Positions 9,742-19,603 of a stretch of DNA of 64,000 bases are shown in pieces. Below the pieces are notes generated by a model. It did no database searches. It had not been told where the DNA came from and saw only the letters and a program-made list of their open reading frames with translations. Every line of letters begins with the position of its first letter. The first letter of the stretch is position 1. The translations under genes and the position numbers were made by a program. Source of the DNA: an uncultured Candidatus Saccharibacteria bacterium (GTDB lineage Bacteria > Patescibacteriota > Minisyncoccia > UBA6257 > 2-01-FULL-56-20). The DNA is taken from positions 539 through 64,538 of the forward strand of contig CAZYEL010000004.1 of the NCBI GenBank assembly GCA_964646415.1. The letters are read 5' to 3'.

Positions 9742-10555
9742 CAGAACAGAACTTAACGGCTTTTTCAAAGCCAGAAGGTGGGACGCGCGAAGCGCGTCCC
9801 ACTGATTTCCCCCCATTTTTCCAAACGAATTCGGAGTCCCGCTTTCGGCGGGACGGAGGATTTTTTCGCCAAGAAGCAGGTGCGAGCCAAAGATTTCTTT
9901 GGCACAAACCTTTTTAGCAAAAAGGTCTGAATCAGAAGCATATGGCAAGTCATGGACTATTAATTAAGGTTACAAATAATTGTCAGTTCAACGATGCTGG
10001 AAGTTCTGTAACTCCTCCACAAATACCAAATTAGGAGATATAAGTGTAGTTTCTCACGGGAGCAATCCCCGCCGTTTTATAATATCTCCTAAAAACGGCG
10101 GGGATTGTTGTGCGCGCACAGGGCGGGCGGGGCAAGCACATACAGATTTGTTTGTGCTTAGCACAATCCATATTTAAGGAGTTACCACGAACAGTGAACG
10201 AAGTCACAGGATTTAGAGCTACCATAGAACGCGGAGAGGAAGTGCCTCGTCTCGCCGTGAGGACGGAGAAAAGAGCAATCAAAAGTTAAAAATTAAGTGA
10301 TGCTCTTTTAGTAGTCTGAAACGGCGAAGCAAAACCAAAAATTTCCTTTCCATTTTTTGTCGGCTCCCCCCACACCCCCCGCCGAAAATCTAAAAGAAAG
10401 GAAGGAAAATTTTTGGTTTTTGCTCCCGCGACCGAAGGGAGCGGACGAGGCGCGCAGAATCCGAGCGGACGATTTAGTTTCAAGCCACCACGCACGCGGA
10501 GCGTGCGACATCATTTGTTTTGAAAGTAAGTGCGAGCTTGGTACAATAGAGACAC
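9742..10555 (-). mobile_element. 814-bp non-autonomous insertion derived from a large serine recombinase element
   Basis: Interrupts the ATPase at a duplicated GTG (9739-9741 and 10553-10555). Ends encode recombinase-like C-terminal pieces (DSDLFAKKVCAKEIFGSHLLL...SSVLV and SLLYQARTYFQNK*). Confidence 0.72.
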
Positions 10556-10798
10556 TCTGCCCGCACTGGGCCATAAGATGCCGGTGAGCATCTTGATAGT
10601 TGTGGATTTTCCGGCCCCATTCGGGCCGATAAACGCCACCGATTCCCCCGTCTTAATGGAAAAGGACACATCATCCACCGCGGCGATGGAACGCGCGGCG
10701 GGCTTGAAAAAATTAGAAAGGAATCCCCGCTCAGGGTCTTTCGCCGGAAACGAAAAAGTTTTCGAGAGATGGGCAACTTCGACCGCCTTGTCAGCCAT
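10553..10798 (-). pseudogene. ABC transporter ATPase, N-terminal part (interrupted gene)
   Basis: AVDDVSF, Walker A GPNGAGKSTT, GILWPSAGRV, then foreign sequence. Confidence 0.9.
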
Positions 10799-10837
10799 AC
10801 AAGAAGTATAACTTACCCCTCATTCTTATCCTTATGC

Positions 10838-11230
10838 TTATTGTTTTTCTCTCTTGCCAGTCCTCCTCTCCTCCGCCCGCGCGACTTCGTGCTCGTCCAT
10901 GCCGAGGTAGTGCGCGACTTCGTGCCAGAGCGTATCATACACCACCTCGCGGATGGAAAGCCCCGCGTCTTCCGCCTCTTCCTCCGTGGGATTTTTGAAA
11001 ATGACGATTCGTCCGGGCATCTCCCAGGGACCCGCCCCCTGCTCACCAAGATTCGCTCCCTCGAAAATACCAAGCAGCGTCTCACCCTCGGGGATTTCCA
11101 TCTCTTCAAGCAGCTCCTCGCTCGGCTTCTCCTCCACCACAAACGCCACGTTCTTGAGTTTCTTCAAAAACTTCTTCAGTATTTTATCCGCCTCCTCGGC
11201 GACGATTGTTTCGAATGCTTCAAATGTCAT
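10838..11230 (-). CDS. Zincin-like metallopeptidase family protein
   Basis: LLGIFEG, PGRIVIF and HEVAHYLG (HExxH). Confidence 0.8.
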   Translation of the reverse strand: MTFEAFETIVAEEADKILKKFLKKLKNVAFVVEEKPSEELLEEMEIPEGETLLGIFEGANLGEQGAGPWEMPGRIVIFKNPTEEEAEDAGLSIREVVYDTLWHEVAHYLGMDEHEVARAEERRTGKREKQ

Positions 11231-11388
11231 AGGAATATTCGGGTATATCACAAGTATAAGAATCCCGATAAAAAATCAAAGCGAAGCATCCACGCCATTC
11301 TTTTCTGGAAAAAATCGAACAGGCCGCTCTTATTGAGACGGCCTGCGATGAATTTTCCTCCTTTCTCCCCTTCTCCCTGCGCTTGCAG

Positions 11389-11730
11389 CTACGGGCAGAG
11401 ATTTAGGGCTTTCTTCATATCGGCTATCGGGTATGGCGGGCCGGAAGGCGGGTTTTCGAGTTTCGGGACGATCAAACGGAAGAATTCCGGGGAAAACTTC
11501 TCTTTTCCCGAAAATCGCTCCGCCCCAACCGCCATGGCTGTGTCCCAACAGAACGATACGAGGTAAAGGGTGTCTCTGACTGTCATGAGGAGGTAGAACA
11601 GCAGGCGATCGCTCTCGGTCTTGGGCCAGAACTTTGCCATCGGTCCGTCGAGAAGAACGCCAATCATCTGATCTTGGGTAAACGCCAACGCCGCCGGACT
11701 TTCAGCAAGGTGCCGAACAATTGTCGCCAT
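11389..11730 (-). CDS. Hypothetical protein
   Basis: 113 aa ORF with AAGGAAG SD-like sequence upstream. Confidence 0.45.
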   Translation of the reverse strand: MATIVRHLAESPAALAFTQDQMIGVLLDGPMAKFWPKTESDRLLFYLLMTVRDTLYLVSFCWDTAMAVGAERFSGKEKFSPEFFRLIVPKLENPPSGPPYPIADMKKALNLCP

Positions 11731-11858
11731 CTGTGGCTTCCTTCCCTTTCGTAACTTGAAACAGGAAAGTGGAACATCCCCAGTTGGCTCTGCCGGAACG
11801 TCCAACTCCTTGAACTCGGGAATTGCATTTTAACCCCTGTTTCGATAAGGTTATACGT

Positions 11859-12698
11859 ATGGCTTTTAATTTCACGCTAGTCGCCGTCGCGTCGGCGCTT
11901 TTGGGCTCGGTCGCAAGCATTTTGGCGCGCACGCTTCTCAAAGACCTCAAATCAAAGGATATTCTGGGCATCAACTTCCTTACGATGGGAGCGACGCTTC
12001 TCATCATCTCTCCCCTCTTTTACAGTTTTGAGCCCTCGCTTACCTCATTCCTCCTGATTGTGCTCATCGCGCTCATCGACACGCTGGCAAACTACTTCTT
12101 TTTCAAAACATACGAACAAACGGAGGTGAGCGTTGCAACGCCCATCCTCTCTCTTGCACCGGTTTTTACGTTCGCCTTCGGCTGGCTCTTTCTTGCAGAC
12201 ACCGTTCAGCTCTCGACATATGTCCTCGCATTCCTCATCCTTGCCGGCGTCGTCGCGTTCTCCGCAGACTTCAAAAACTTTTCCCGCTTCCGGGCGCACA
12301 CGCTCCAACCCGCCATTCTCTCCTCCCTTCTCTTCGGCATATCCGCCATTCCTTCGAAATACCTCTTGAGCACGCTCCACGCCATAAACGCCCCCACGCT
12401 CTACATGTTCCGCGCGGGGCTTATCGCCCTTTTCGCCCTCCTCTTTTTCAACTTCGCGCTCCGCAGCATCGAGCCGCGCCAATACCGGCTCATATTTTTC
12501 CGCGGGCTTTTCGTCATCTCCCAATGGGTACTGCTCTACTTTGCGCTCTCCCGCGGCAATGCGGGAGTAACCGTCACGCTCGCAAACATCACGCCGATAT
12601 TCGTGTTCGTGTTAAGCGCCATATTCCTCGCGGAAAAACCGACAATGAAGAAAGTTATCGCCTCGATTCTTGTGCTCGCTCTCTCGCTTATCATTTAA
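11859..12698 (+). CDS. DMT/EamA-family transporter
   Basis: About 10 TM segments, two EamA repeats. Confidence 0.8.
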   Translation: MAFNFTLVAVASALLGSVASILARTLLKDLKSKDILGINFLTMGATLLIISPLFYSFEPSLTSFLLIVLIALIDTLANYFFFKTYEQTEVSVATPILSLAPVFTFAFGWLFLADTVQLSTYVLAFLILAGVVAFSADFKNFSRFRAHTLQPAILSSLLFGISAIPSKYLLSTLHAINAPTLYMFRAGLIALFALLFFNFALRSIEPRQYRLIFFRGLFVISQWVLLYFALSRGNAGVTVTLANITPIFVFVLSAIFLAEKPTMKKVIASILVLALSLII

Positions 12699-12713
12699 CA
12701 CCTGTTACAAACC

Positions 12714-13829
12714 ATGCCTAACGAAACAGAGAACAATGCGGCGGCACCAAAGCGAAGAGTCTTGCTCCTCTTTTGCGGAGGGACGATATCGATGAGCAAA
12801 GACGCCAAGACGGGCACCCTGGACGTTGCACACGGCGCCGACCAGTTTTTCAAAATCGAACCGCGCATCGTGGAAATCGCCCAAATCGACGTGCGGTTCG
12901 TGGATAACCTCGACAGCACGGATATGGTGCACCGCCAGTGGGAACGTATGGTTGAAATTATCGACGAGGAATATAAAAACTACGACGGCTTCCTCATCAC
13001 CATGGGCACCAATACCATGGCCTATGCATCGAGCGCGGTTTCGTTCCCTCTCGCGGGGATCGGCAAGCCCGTGGTCTTCACCGGCGCGCAAATTCCCGCC
13101 GAAGTCATCAGCACCGACGGACGGAACAATCTGGTGAATGCCCTCCGCGTGGCCGCGATGGACGTGGCGGGAGTATTTGTGGTATTCGGCAGCAAAATAA
13201 TCCTCGGGTGCCGCGCGAAAAAATACAGTGAGTCCGATTTGGACGCTTTCAAAACTTTCAACGATTCCGATTTCGCGGAGATTTCCATCGGCATAAAGAT
13301 AAACAAAGAGGGCTATGTCCGGCACGACAAACCCTTCAAAGCGAAGAACGGGTTTGAGGACAATATTGCTTGCCTCACGTGCATACCGGGTCTGCGCAAC
13401 GAGTACTTAATCGCCCTTATTGAAGGAGGAATAAAAGGCATCATATTACGCGCATTCGGCTCGGGAGACGTCCCGCACGAACTCCTTCCCGCCCTGCGGC
13501 GCGCGAGAGACAAAAAAATCCCCGTGGTGGTCACCACACAATGCCCGGGAGGCGCGACCGTCATGGGACTGAATGACCCGGGACTCCAAGCGCTCCGGCA
13601 AGGTAAGGTTATCCAGGCGTTCGATATGAGTATGGAAACGATGAGCACAAAGTTGATGTGGCTGTTAAAGCAAGGGATTCCGTACGAAGAATTGCGGGAC
13701 TACATGCAAAAAAGCTTATGCGGAGAAGTAAGCACAAAACGGGTGAAAGTCTTCCTCAACCAAGAGCTTCAGAAAGACGAAGAATACCAGCGGAAGCTGG
13801 ATGACCACTCCGAGGGACAGAAGTCCTAG
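12714..13829 (+). CDS. Type I L-asparaginase-like enzyme
   Basis: GGTISM, DSTDM, GTNTMAY, KPVVFTGAQIP, DGRNNL, FGSGDVP motifs. Confidence 0.85.
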   Translation: MPNETENNAAAPKRRVLLLFCGGTISMSKDAKTGTLDVAHGADQFFKIEPRIVEIAQIDVRFVDNLDSTDMVHRQWERMVEIIDEEYKNYDGFLITMGTNTMAYASSAVSFPLAGIGKPVVFTGAQIPAEVISTDGRNNLVNALRVAAMDVAGVFVVFGSKIILGCRAKKYSESDLDAFKTFNDSDFAEISIGIKINKEGYVRHDKPFKAKNGFEDNIACLTCIPGLRNEYLIALIEGGIKGIILRAFGSGDVPHELLPALRRARDKKIPVVVTTQCPGGATVMGLNDPGLQALRQGKVIQAFDMSMETMSTKLMWLLKQGIPYEELRDYMQKSLCGEVSTKRVKVFLNQELQKDEEYQRKLDDHSEGQKS

Positions 13830-13886
13830 CTGACGTTCCCGTCTTCGAGCACGATAATCCGGAGCTAAAAGAGGCCCGAAATCCTT

Positions 13887-14219
13887 CTAGTGCATCATGC
13901 CCTTCATGGAATCCATTCCCGACGCATCCGCGTTCTCCTTGAGATACTTCCCTCCGACAGCTTCCCAATCTTTCCCTTGCGCCATCATCCCGTCATTTTG
14001 ATACTTCGTCCCCATCTCCTGCATCATCATGCCGCCGGACTTCATCATCTCTCCCATCTTTTGAATCATTACCGACTGCTCTTGCATCATTTGAATTGAG
14101 TCTTGCAACTCCTTGGTTGCAACACCCCCATCGTTCACACCCTTCCCCAACGAGTAGCCGACTCCTCCGCCCACAAGAAGCGCAATCACCATGCCAAGAA
14201 CCAAATTTGTGTTTTTCAT
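13887..14219 (-). CDS. Met-rich membrane-anchored protein, possible metal chaperone
   Basis: N-terminal TM helix, many MM/MMM motifs, last gene of a metal-efflux operon. Confidence 0.55.
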   Translation of the reverse strand: MKNTNLVLGMVIALLVGGGVGYSLGKGVNDGGVATKELQDSIQMMQEQSVMIQKMGEMMKSGGMMMQEMGTKYQNDGMMAQGKDWEAVGGKYLKENADASGMDSMKGMMH

Positions 14220-14302
14220 ATTATTTAGTTTATTAACCTTTTACTGCCCCTCCTCCGCGCACATCGGGCGGCTCGCGCCCGTTATTGAAGTACCTCATAC
14301 CT

Positions 14303-17300
14303 TCAGAATCCCGACGATGTAACCTCATTACCTTTTAGCGCCGCCTCTTTGCCGAAACGATAGAATAGCGCCGGAGTCAGGAAGAGCGAGATGATAGTGG
14401 AAGACATAAGCCCACCGAATATCACGACCGCGAGCGGGTGGAGCATCTCCTTGCCCGGCTCGCCGCCGGAGACAAGCAGCGGAACGAGCGCAAGCGCCGT
14501 AACCAGGGAAGTCATCAGAACCGGCACCACGCGGTCAAGCGTCGCCCTGACGATTGTCTCGGGAACGAACGGCATGCCTTCTTTCTGCACAAGCGCGAGG
14601 CTCCGCCCGATGAGCATGATGCCGTTCCGGGAAACGATTCCCGCGAGAGAAATGAACCCCACCATATGCGCGAGGTTGACCGACCCGCCGGTGAGCCACA
14701 CACCCGCCATTCCACCGATAAGCACCGTGGGGATATTCGTCATGACCAAAAGCGCAATCGGCACCGACCTGAACGCGTGGTACAACACCCCGAAAATCAC
14801 CATGATGCCGATGATGAATACCCACGCGAGCCTCTGTGAACTTTCTTTTTGGCTCTTGTAATTTCCCTCGAAAGAAAGAGTGACGCCCACCGGAAGTCTT
14901 TGCGCTTCAAGCGAAGACTTCGCGTTGCCCACCGCGCCGACCACGTCGGCTCCCCTATAGTTCGCCGAAACCACCAAAACCCGCTTGCCTCCTTCATGGT
15001 CCTGGCTGTTGCGCCCGCCCTCAACCCGGACATCCCCCACGTTCCCCAGCGACTCCGCCCCCATAAACGGAAGGGAAAGGTCGCGGAGCGATTCCATCGT
15101 GCCTTTCGATTCCGCGTCGTACCGCGCCACGACATCGACCGATGCGGGACCAAGGCGAACCTGCCCCAAGCGGTCACCCATAAGCCCCATCTCAAGGTCG
15201 CTCGCTACCTCGCCGGAAGACAATCCATATTCCGCCAAACGGTTCCGGTCAACATAAATGCGGAACTCCGGAACAACCGTGTTCTGCTGGATGCGCGGAT
15301 TTTCAATGCCTTTCTGTTTTTTGAGTTCCGCGACGACCTGTTTTGCGGCGCGCTCCATGCTCGCAGGTTCGTCACCGAACACCTTTACCACAATGGGAGC
15401 CCGCACACCCGAGAGCAGCATCTCCACGCGGTGGGTCACCGGCTGCCCCAAACTGAAATCCGCGCCGCCGAACCTGTCGAGCACCGCCTGAATGTCCCGC
15501 ATGATCCTGTCGCGCTCGCCCTCAAATCCCGGCGTGAGCGCAATCTGCATCTCGCTCGAATTGGGACTGCCTCCGTGAGGGTCTGCGGGTGCCCGCCCCG
15601 CAATATTGCTCACCTGCCGCACGCCCTCAACTTTGAGCAAAGCCTTTTCGAGTCTCGTCATATATTCGTTGGTGGCGGAAAGCGCCGTGCCGGGAGGCAA
15701 AAAAACCATCGCCACCATTGACCCCTCGTTAAACGGAGGGATTCCTTCTTTGCCGGAAAAAAAGTACATACCGAACGTTGCCGCAAACGCCACGGCTGTT
15801 ACGCCCGCAATGATTTTCACATGCCCGATGCACCAATGAATCCACGGCGTAATCCGCGTTTTTATTTTCTGCACAATCTTCGTTTCTTTCTCGTGCCCCC
15901 GGAGCGATGCATCGCTCAAAAGCAATGCCGAAAGAACGGGCGTCACCGTGAGCGACACCACCATGGATGCGACGAGGGAAACAAGATACGCGGATCCCAG
16001 GGCGATGAGCAACCGCCCCTCGATATCCGGCATGAAAAATATCGGGAGGAACACCACTGCGACCAATATGGTCGCATACACGATGGAGTTACGAACTTCT
16101 TTCGATGCGGCCAAAACCACATGTTCGCGGCTTTCTGTTTTGCCGCCCGCCATCCACGCGCGCAAACGCCGGAAAATATTCTCCACATCCACAATCGCAT
16201 CATCGACAAGTTCGCCCACCGCGACCGCGATGCCTCCTAAAGTCATCACGTTCACCGAAAAACCGAATTCCTTAAACACTATCGCGGTCGCGAGGATCGA
16301 CAAGGGAATGGCAGTGAGCGTTATCATGGTCGTCCGTACATTCATAAGGAAAATGATGAGAACCAAAATCACCAGGAGCGTACCGTCGCGAAGCGCCCCT
16401 TCCACATTGCGGAGTCCGGCACGAATGAAGTTTTCCTGCCGAAAGAGGTCCGGGTGCAATACCACGCCCTCAGGAAAACTCGCATTGAGCGAAGCGAATA
16501 CTTCGTTGATTTCGTCGGTAACGGTTATGGTCTGCGCGTCGGGCTGCCTGATGACACGCAAGATGACGCCGGGCTTGCCGTCAATCGCTCCCGCTCCCCG
16601 GATAATACTCGCCCCCTCCGCGAGAGAAGCGATGTCCCCAAGGCGGATAGGCCGCCCGTCCGCGCTGTTCCGCCCGATGGCGATTTCCCCCAATTCGGAA
16701 ACCTCCGTCGGGGCGACAAGCACGCGGATGGAATATTCTTTCTCGTCCTGGGTAAGAAGACCCCCGCTTTTATTGGTAAGCGCGCCCTCCACGCCCTTGC
16801 GTACGTCGTCGAACATGAGTCCATAACGGCGCAACTGGAGCGCATTAAGGTTGATTTGCCACTCGCGGACATCCCCTCCCATCACCAATACGTTGGCAAC
16901 CCCGGGAATCTTAAGCAGCGCCGGGCGGATGGTCCAATCCGCGAGCGTCCGGAGCTCCATCGGAGACACCTTCCCGTCGTGCGAGGCAATACCCACCCAC
17001 ATGATTTCCCCGAGAAGGGAAGTCGAGGGACCGAGAACCGGTTTTACTCCGCGCGGCAATATCGCCTGCGCCAGGCGTTCCTGCACGATCTGCCGGTTGC
17101 GCAAGGTATCACTCCCCCAGTCAAATTCGATATTGACCGTCGCCTGCGCGAACGACGCGCTGCTGCGTATCCGCTCGACTCCGGGAGCTCCCGCAATGCT
17201 TGCCTCAATCGGATTCAGAATAAGCCGCTCCACTTCTTCAGCAGCCATGCCGTCGCTTTCCGCAAAGACGGTAACCGTCGGCTTGTTGATGTCGGGAAGA

Positions 17301-17413
17301 ATATCCACCTTCATCGTCGATATGCTCCACACACCGGCCACCGTCACTATCCCCGCCGCAACAAGCACGGTGACTTTGTTGCCGAGAGACCAGGAAATTA
17401 TTTTATTAAACAT
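14303..17413 (-). CDS. Heavy-metal efflux RND permease (CusA/CzcA family)
   Basis: 1036 aa; NVMTLGGIAVAVGELVDDAIVDVENI, RVVPVLMT, PLAVVIFGGL. Confidence 0.92.
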   Translation of the reverse strand: MFNKIISWSLGNKVTVLVAAGIVTVAGVWSISTMKVDILPDINKPTVTVFAESDGMAAEEVERLILNPIEASIAGAPGVERIRSSASFAQATVNIEFDWGSDTLRNRQIVQERLAQAILPRGVKPVLGPSTSLLGEIMWVGIASHDGKVSPMELRTLADWTIRPALLKIPGVANVLVMGGDVREWQINLNALQLRRYGLMFDDVRKGVEGALTNKSGGLLTQDEKEYSIRVLVAPTEVSELGEIAIGRNSADGRPIRLGDIASLAEGASIIRGAGAIDGKPGVILRVIRQPDAQTITVTDEINEVFASLNASFPEGVVLHPDLFRQENFIRAGLRNVEGALRDGTLLVILVLIIFLMNVRTTMITLTAIPLSILATAIVFKEFGFSVNVMTLGGIAVAVGELVDDAIVDVENIFRRLRAWMAGGKTESREHVVLAASKEVRNSIVYATILVAVVFLPIFFMPDIEGRLLIALGSAYLVSLVASMVVSLTVTPVLSALLLSDASLRGHEKETKIVQKIKTRITPWIHWCIGHVKIIAGVTAVAFAATFGMYFFSGKEGIPPFNEGSMVAMVFLPPGTALSATNEYMTRLEKALLKVEGVRQVSNIAGRAPADPHGGSPNSSEMQIALTPGFEGERDRIMRDIQAVLDRFGGADFSLGQPVTHRVEMLLSGVRAPIVVKVFGDEPASMERAAKQVVAELKKQKGIENPRIQQNTVVPEFRIYVDRNRLAEYGLSSGEVASDLEMGLMGDRLGQVRLGPASVDVVARYDAESKGTMESLRDLSLPFMGAESLGNVGDVRVEGGRNSQDHEGGKRVLVVSANYRGADVVGAVGNAKSSLEAQRLPVGVTLSFEGNYKSQKESSQRLAWVFIIGIMVIFGVLYHAFRSVPIALLVMTNIPTVLIGGMAGVWLTGGSVNLAHMVGFISLAGIVSRNGIMLIGRSLALVQKEGMPFVPETIVRATLDRVVPVLMTSLVTALALVPLLVSGGEPGKEMLHPLAVVIFGGLMSSTIISLFLTPALFYRFGKEAALKGNEVTSSGF

Positions 17414-17424
17414 TGAAGTATGCG

Positions 17425-19098
17425 CTACATTTGCATCCCTTCCATATGCTCATGCCCTGCCGGCATTGCGGGCGCACCCGCATCGTCGTTCTCCGGCGCG
17501 ACATCGTCGAGCAGCATGTCCTCACGGATACCCGGCACGGGGTCGACGATGTACCGGTCCCCGTTCTTCAATCCTTCGCGCACTTCAATCACCGCACCGA
17601 ACACGCGGCCGGCGACAATTTTCCGCCCGAAAATCCTCCCGGCTTCCGACACCCCCCACACATGCGAGACGCCGTCCTCGTCCCACCATATGGACGAAAG
17701 CTTGATTACGGGAACATCCGCCTTTTGAGGAGCAATGACGCGTACCGAGGCGTGCACCGGCCACGGGGTTGCCCCGGCGAAAGACGCCTCCGCCACATAC
17801 GAACCCGTCCCATCAAGCGCGGTACCGACGCCCGTAATCTTCGCGGGACGGCGATCAAGCGGGAATCCGGGACGTACCACCGCCACCGCATCGCCTGCGC
17901 GGGGAAGGGTTTCCCCTCCGGGAATCCGGAAACGGATAAACCGCTCGCCTGCGCCCTCGGCGGTGAGCATCGCCACCACCGAATCGTTTGTCACGAAATC
18001 CCCGGGATTTTTTGAAATCGAGCTGATAATTCCATTCCGCGGAGCGACTATCGACCCGTTCGTGAGACTTCCGAGCACATTTGCGTACGCCTCTTCCGTC
18101 GCCTTCACGTCCCCCGCCGCCGCATCAACTTCGCGGTCGCGGCTCACGCTTTTCTGCACAAGCGCCGCTTCTTTTACCTCAAGAGACGCGCGTGCTTCCT
18201 TGTGCATATTCAACGCATCCACAAATTTCTCCTTGTCGCCTCCCACCATATCCCGCAGACTCGCTATCTCTTCGCTGCTCACCTCGGCCGACACGACGGT
18301 ATCAAGCACGGCTCTTTCCGCAACCCGAAGAAACGCCGCCATTGCCGCTTCCAGCGTATCGTCCTCGCCTTTCTGCAGAATCGCCCTCAATTGCAGCGCG
18401 ACCGGCTCAAAGTCGTTCCGCGTCTGGCTGTTGGCGATTGCAAGAAACGATTTTAATCTGAGATACGCCTGATTCTGCGGATTTATCACATCGGTCAACC
18501 GGCGCAACTCGCGGTAAAAAATTTCCTCCGCCGCCGTATGAAGGTTCCTCGCGCGCAAGGCAACGATTGCGCGCGCCTCATCGCGCTCCGCCATAGCCGC
18601 TTGCGCTTCCGCTTCCGGAAGCTGGACGCTCACCGGCCGGCTGGTCTGCGCGCGAATGAGGTCTTTCAACTGTTCGGCAACCGCCATGGAGCGGTCGATA
18701 GTGGAAGGCGCCGCAGAAAGCTTGCCCAGCACCTGTCCTTTTTGCACGCGCTGCCCTATCCTCGCACCCCATGCAACAATGGTCCCGTCGCGGGGAGGAT
18801 ACACCACGATGTCCCCAAACGAGATCACCTCGCCAGGCCACGAATTCCCCAAGGCGCCCCCTCCCGCTGCGGGAAACTCATCCGCCCCCGCCACGGCAAC
18901 CGTCACATCTTCGGCTTTCCCGCCGGCATGCGCAACGGATTCCCCTGTTTCTGCTGCCAGAGTCGGATTCTTTTCTCCCATAAAGAGCGAAACAAACACC
19001 CCTGCCGCGACAAGGAATACCACCGCGGCCGTTATCATGAGACCTCGCGGATACTTTTGTCGTATGTGGCGAACAGCTGCAAATAATTTTTCTTTCAT
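17425..19098 (-). CDS. RND efflux membrane fusion (adaptor) protein
   Basis: TM anchor, lipoyl half-motifs (GQRVQKGQVL, IVAPRNG), long coiled coil, GLKNGD, His/Met tail. Confidence 0.8.
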   Translation of the reverse strand: MKEKLFAAVRHIRQKYPRGLMITAAVVFLVAAGVFVSLFMGEKNPTLAAETGESVAHAGGKAEDVTVAVAGADEFPAAGGGALGNSWPGEVISFGDIVVYPPRDGTIVAWGARIGQRVQKGQVLGKLSAAPSTIDRSMAVAEQLKDLIRAQTSRPVSVQLPEAEAQAAMAERDEARAIVALRARNLHTAAEEIFYRELRRLTDVINPQNQAYLRLKSFLAIANSQTRNDFEPVALQLRAILQKGEDDTLEAAMAAFLRVAERAVLDTVVSAEVSSEEIASLRDMVGGDKEKFVDALNMHKEARASLEVKEAALVQKSVSRDREVDAAAGDVKATEEAYANVLGSLTNGSIVAPRNGIISSISKNPGDFVTNDSVVAMLTAEGAGERFIRFRIPGGETLPRAGDAVAVVRPGFPLDRRPAKITGVGTALDGTGSYVAEASFAGATPWPVHASVRVIAPQKADVPVIKLSSIWWDEDGVSHVWGVSEAGRIFGRKIVAGRVFGAVIEVREGLKNGDRYIVDPVPGIREDMLLDDVAPENDDAGAPAMPAGHEHMEGMQM

Positions 19099-19208
19099 TG
19101 TTTTCTTTACCAAATTAATTACCAATCGGGCCATGCGCACCGGAAACAAAAAGTCCTTGTGTGCCACAAGGACCGACTCGCATAGAAAACACGGCAAAGC
19201 GGTGTTTC

Positions 19209-19598
19209 CTACGCCGGCTTGATAACATTGGGACTCCCCTCAAAGAGCGCGAGCCAATGATGCATGGTGCTCCGTACCACGGAGAAAATACCCCGGCGTT
19301 TTTGCCTCAAGAAACCCGGCGATATCGGCGATAAAGAAAAAGCGGATGTATAAAAAGCACCGGCGATGCCGACAACTATCAAAAAGAAAATGGTGAGTGC
19401 GAAGAAAGTCCCGGCTACCGTCGCGGAGGTCAGCTCTTGAATGCGGAGAATGTGCCCCATCAACCCATCCTGATGCAAGGGCATGTTGTGCTCTCCATGC
19501 GCCATGGGCGAGGACCCGTTGAACAGACAGAAAGAAACCGCTCCCGCAACCACCAAAAGCAGGATAAAAACGAAAGTTTGCTTGAGTAGCGTAGTCAT
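19209..19598 (-). CDS. Small His-containing membrane protein
   Basis: 2 TM segments, HGEH motif, inside the metal operon. Confidence 0.55.
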   Translation of the reverse strand: MTTLLKQTFVFILLLVVAGAVSFCLFNGSSPMAHGEHNMPLHQDGLMGHILRIQELTSATVAGTFFALTIFFLIVVGIAGAFYTSAFSLSPISPGFLRQKRRGIFSVVRSTMHHWLALFEGSPNVIKPA

Positions 19599-19603
19599 AA
19601 AAA

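Noticed and set aside
10110-10132. Bridge-RNA-like guide: GTGCGCG and GCGGGC resemble the two sides of the insertion site
   Set aside because: Matches are only 6-7 nt in GC-rich sequence, adjacent and not in bridge-RNA loop geometry; there is no IS110 transposase
9739-10555. Group I/II intron or intein as the explanation for the split ATPase
   Set aside because: No GUGYG start or domain V, no recognisable group I core, and the frame is closed by a stop; the ends look like recombinase/att sequence
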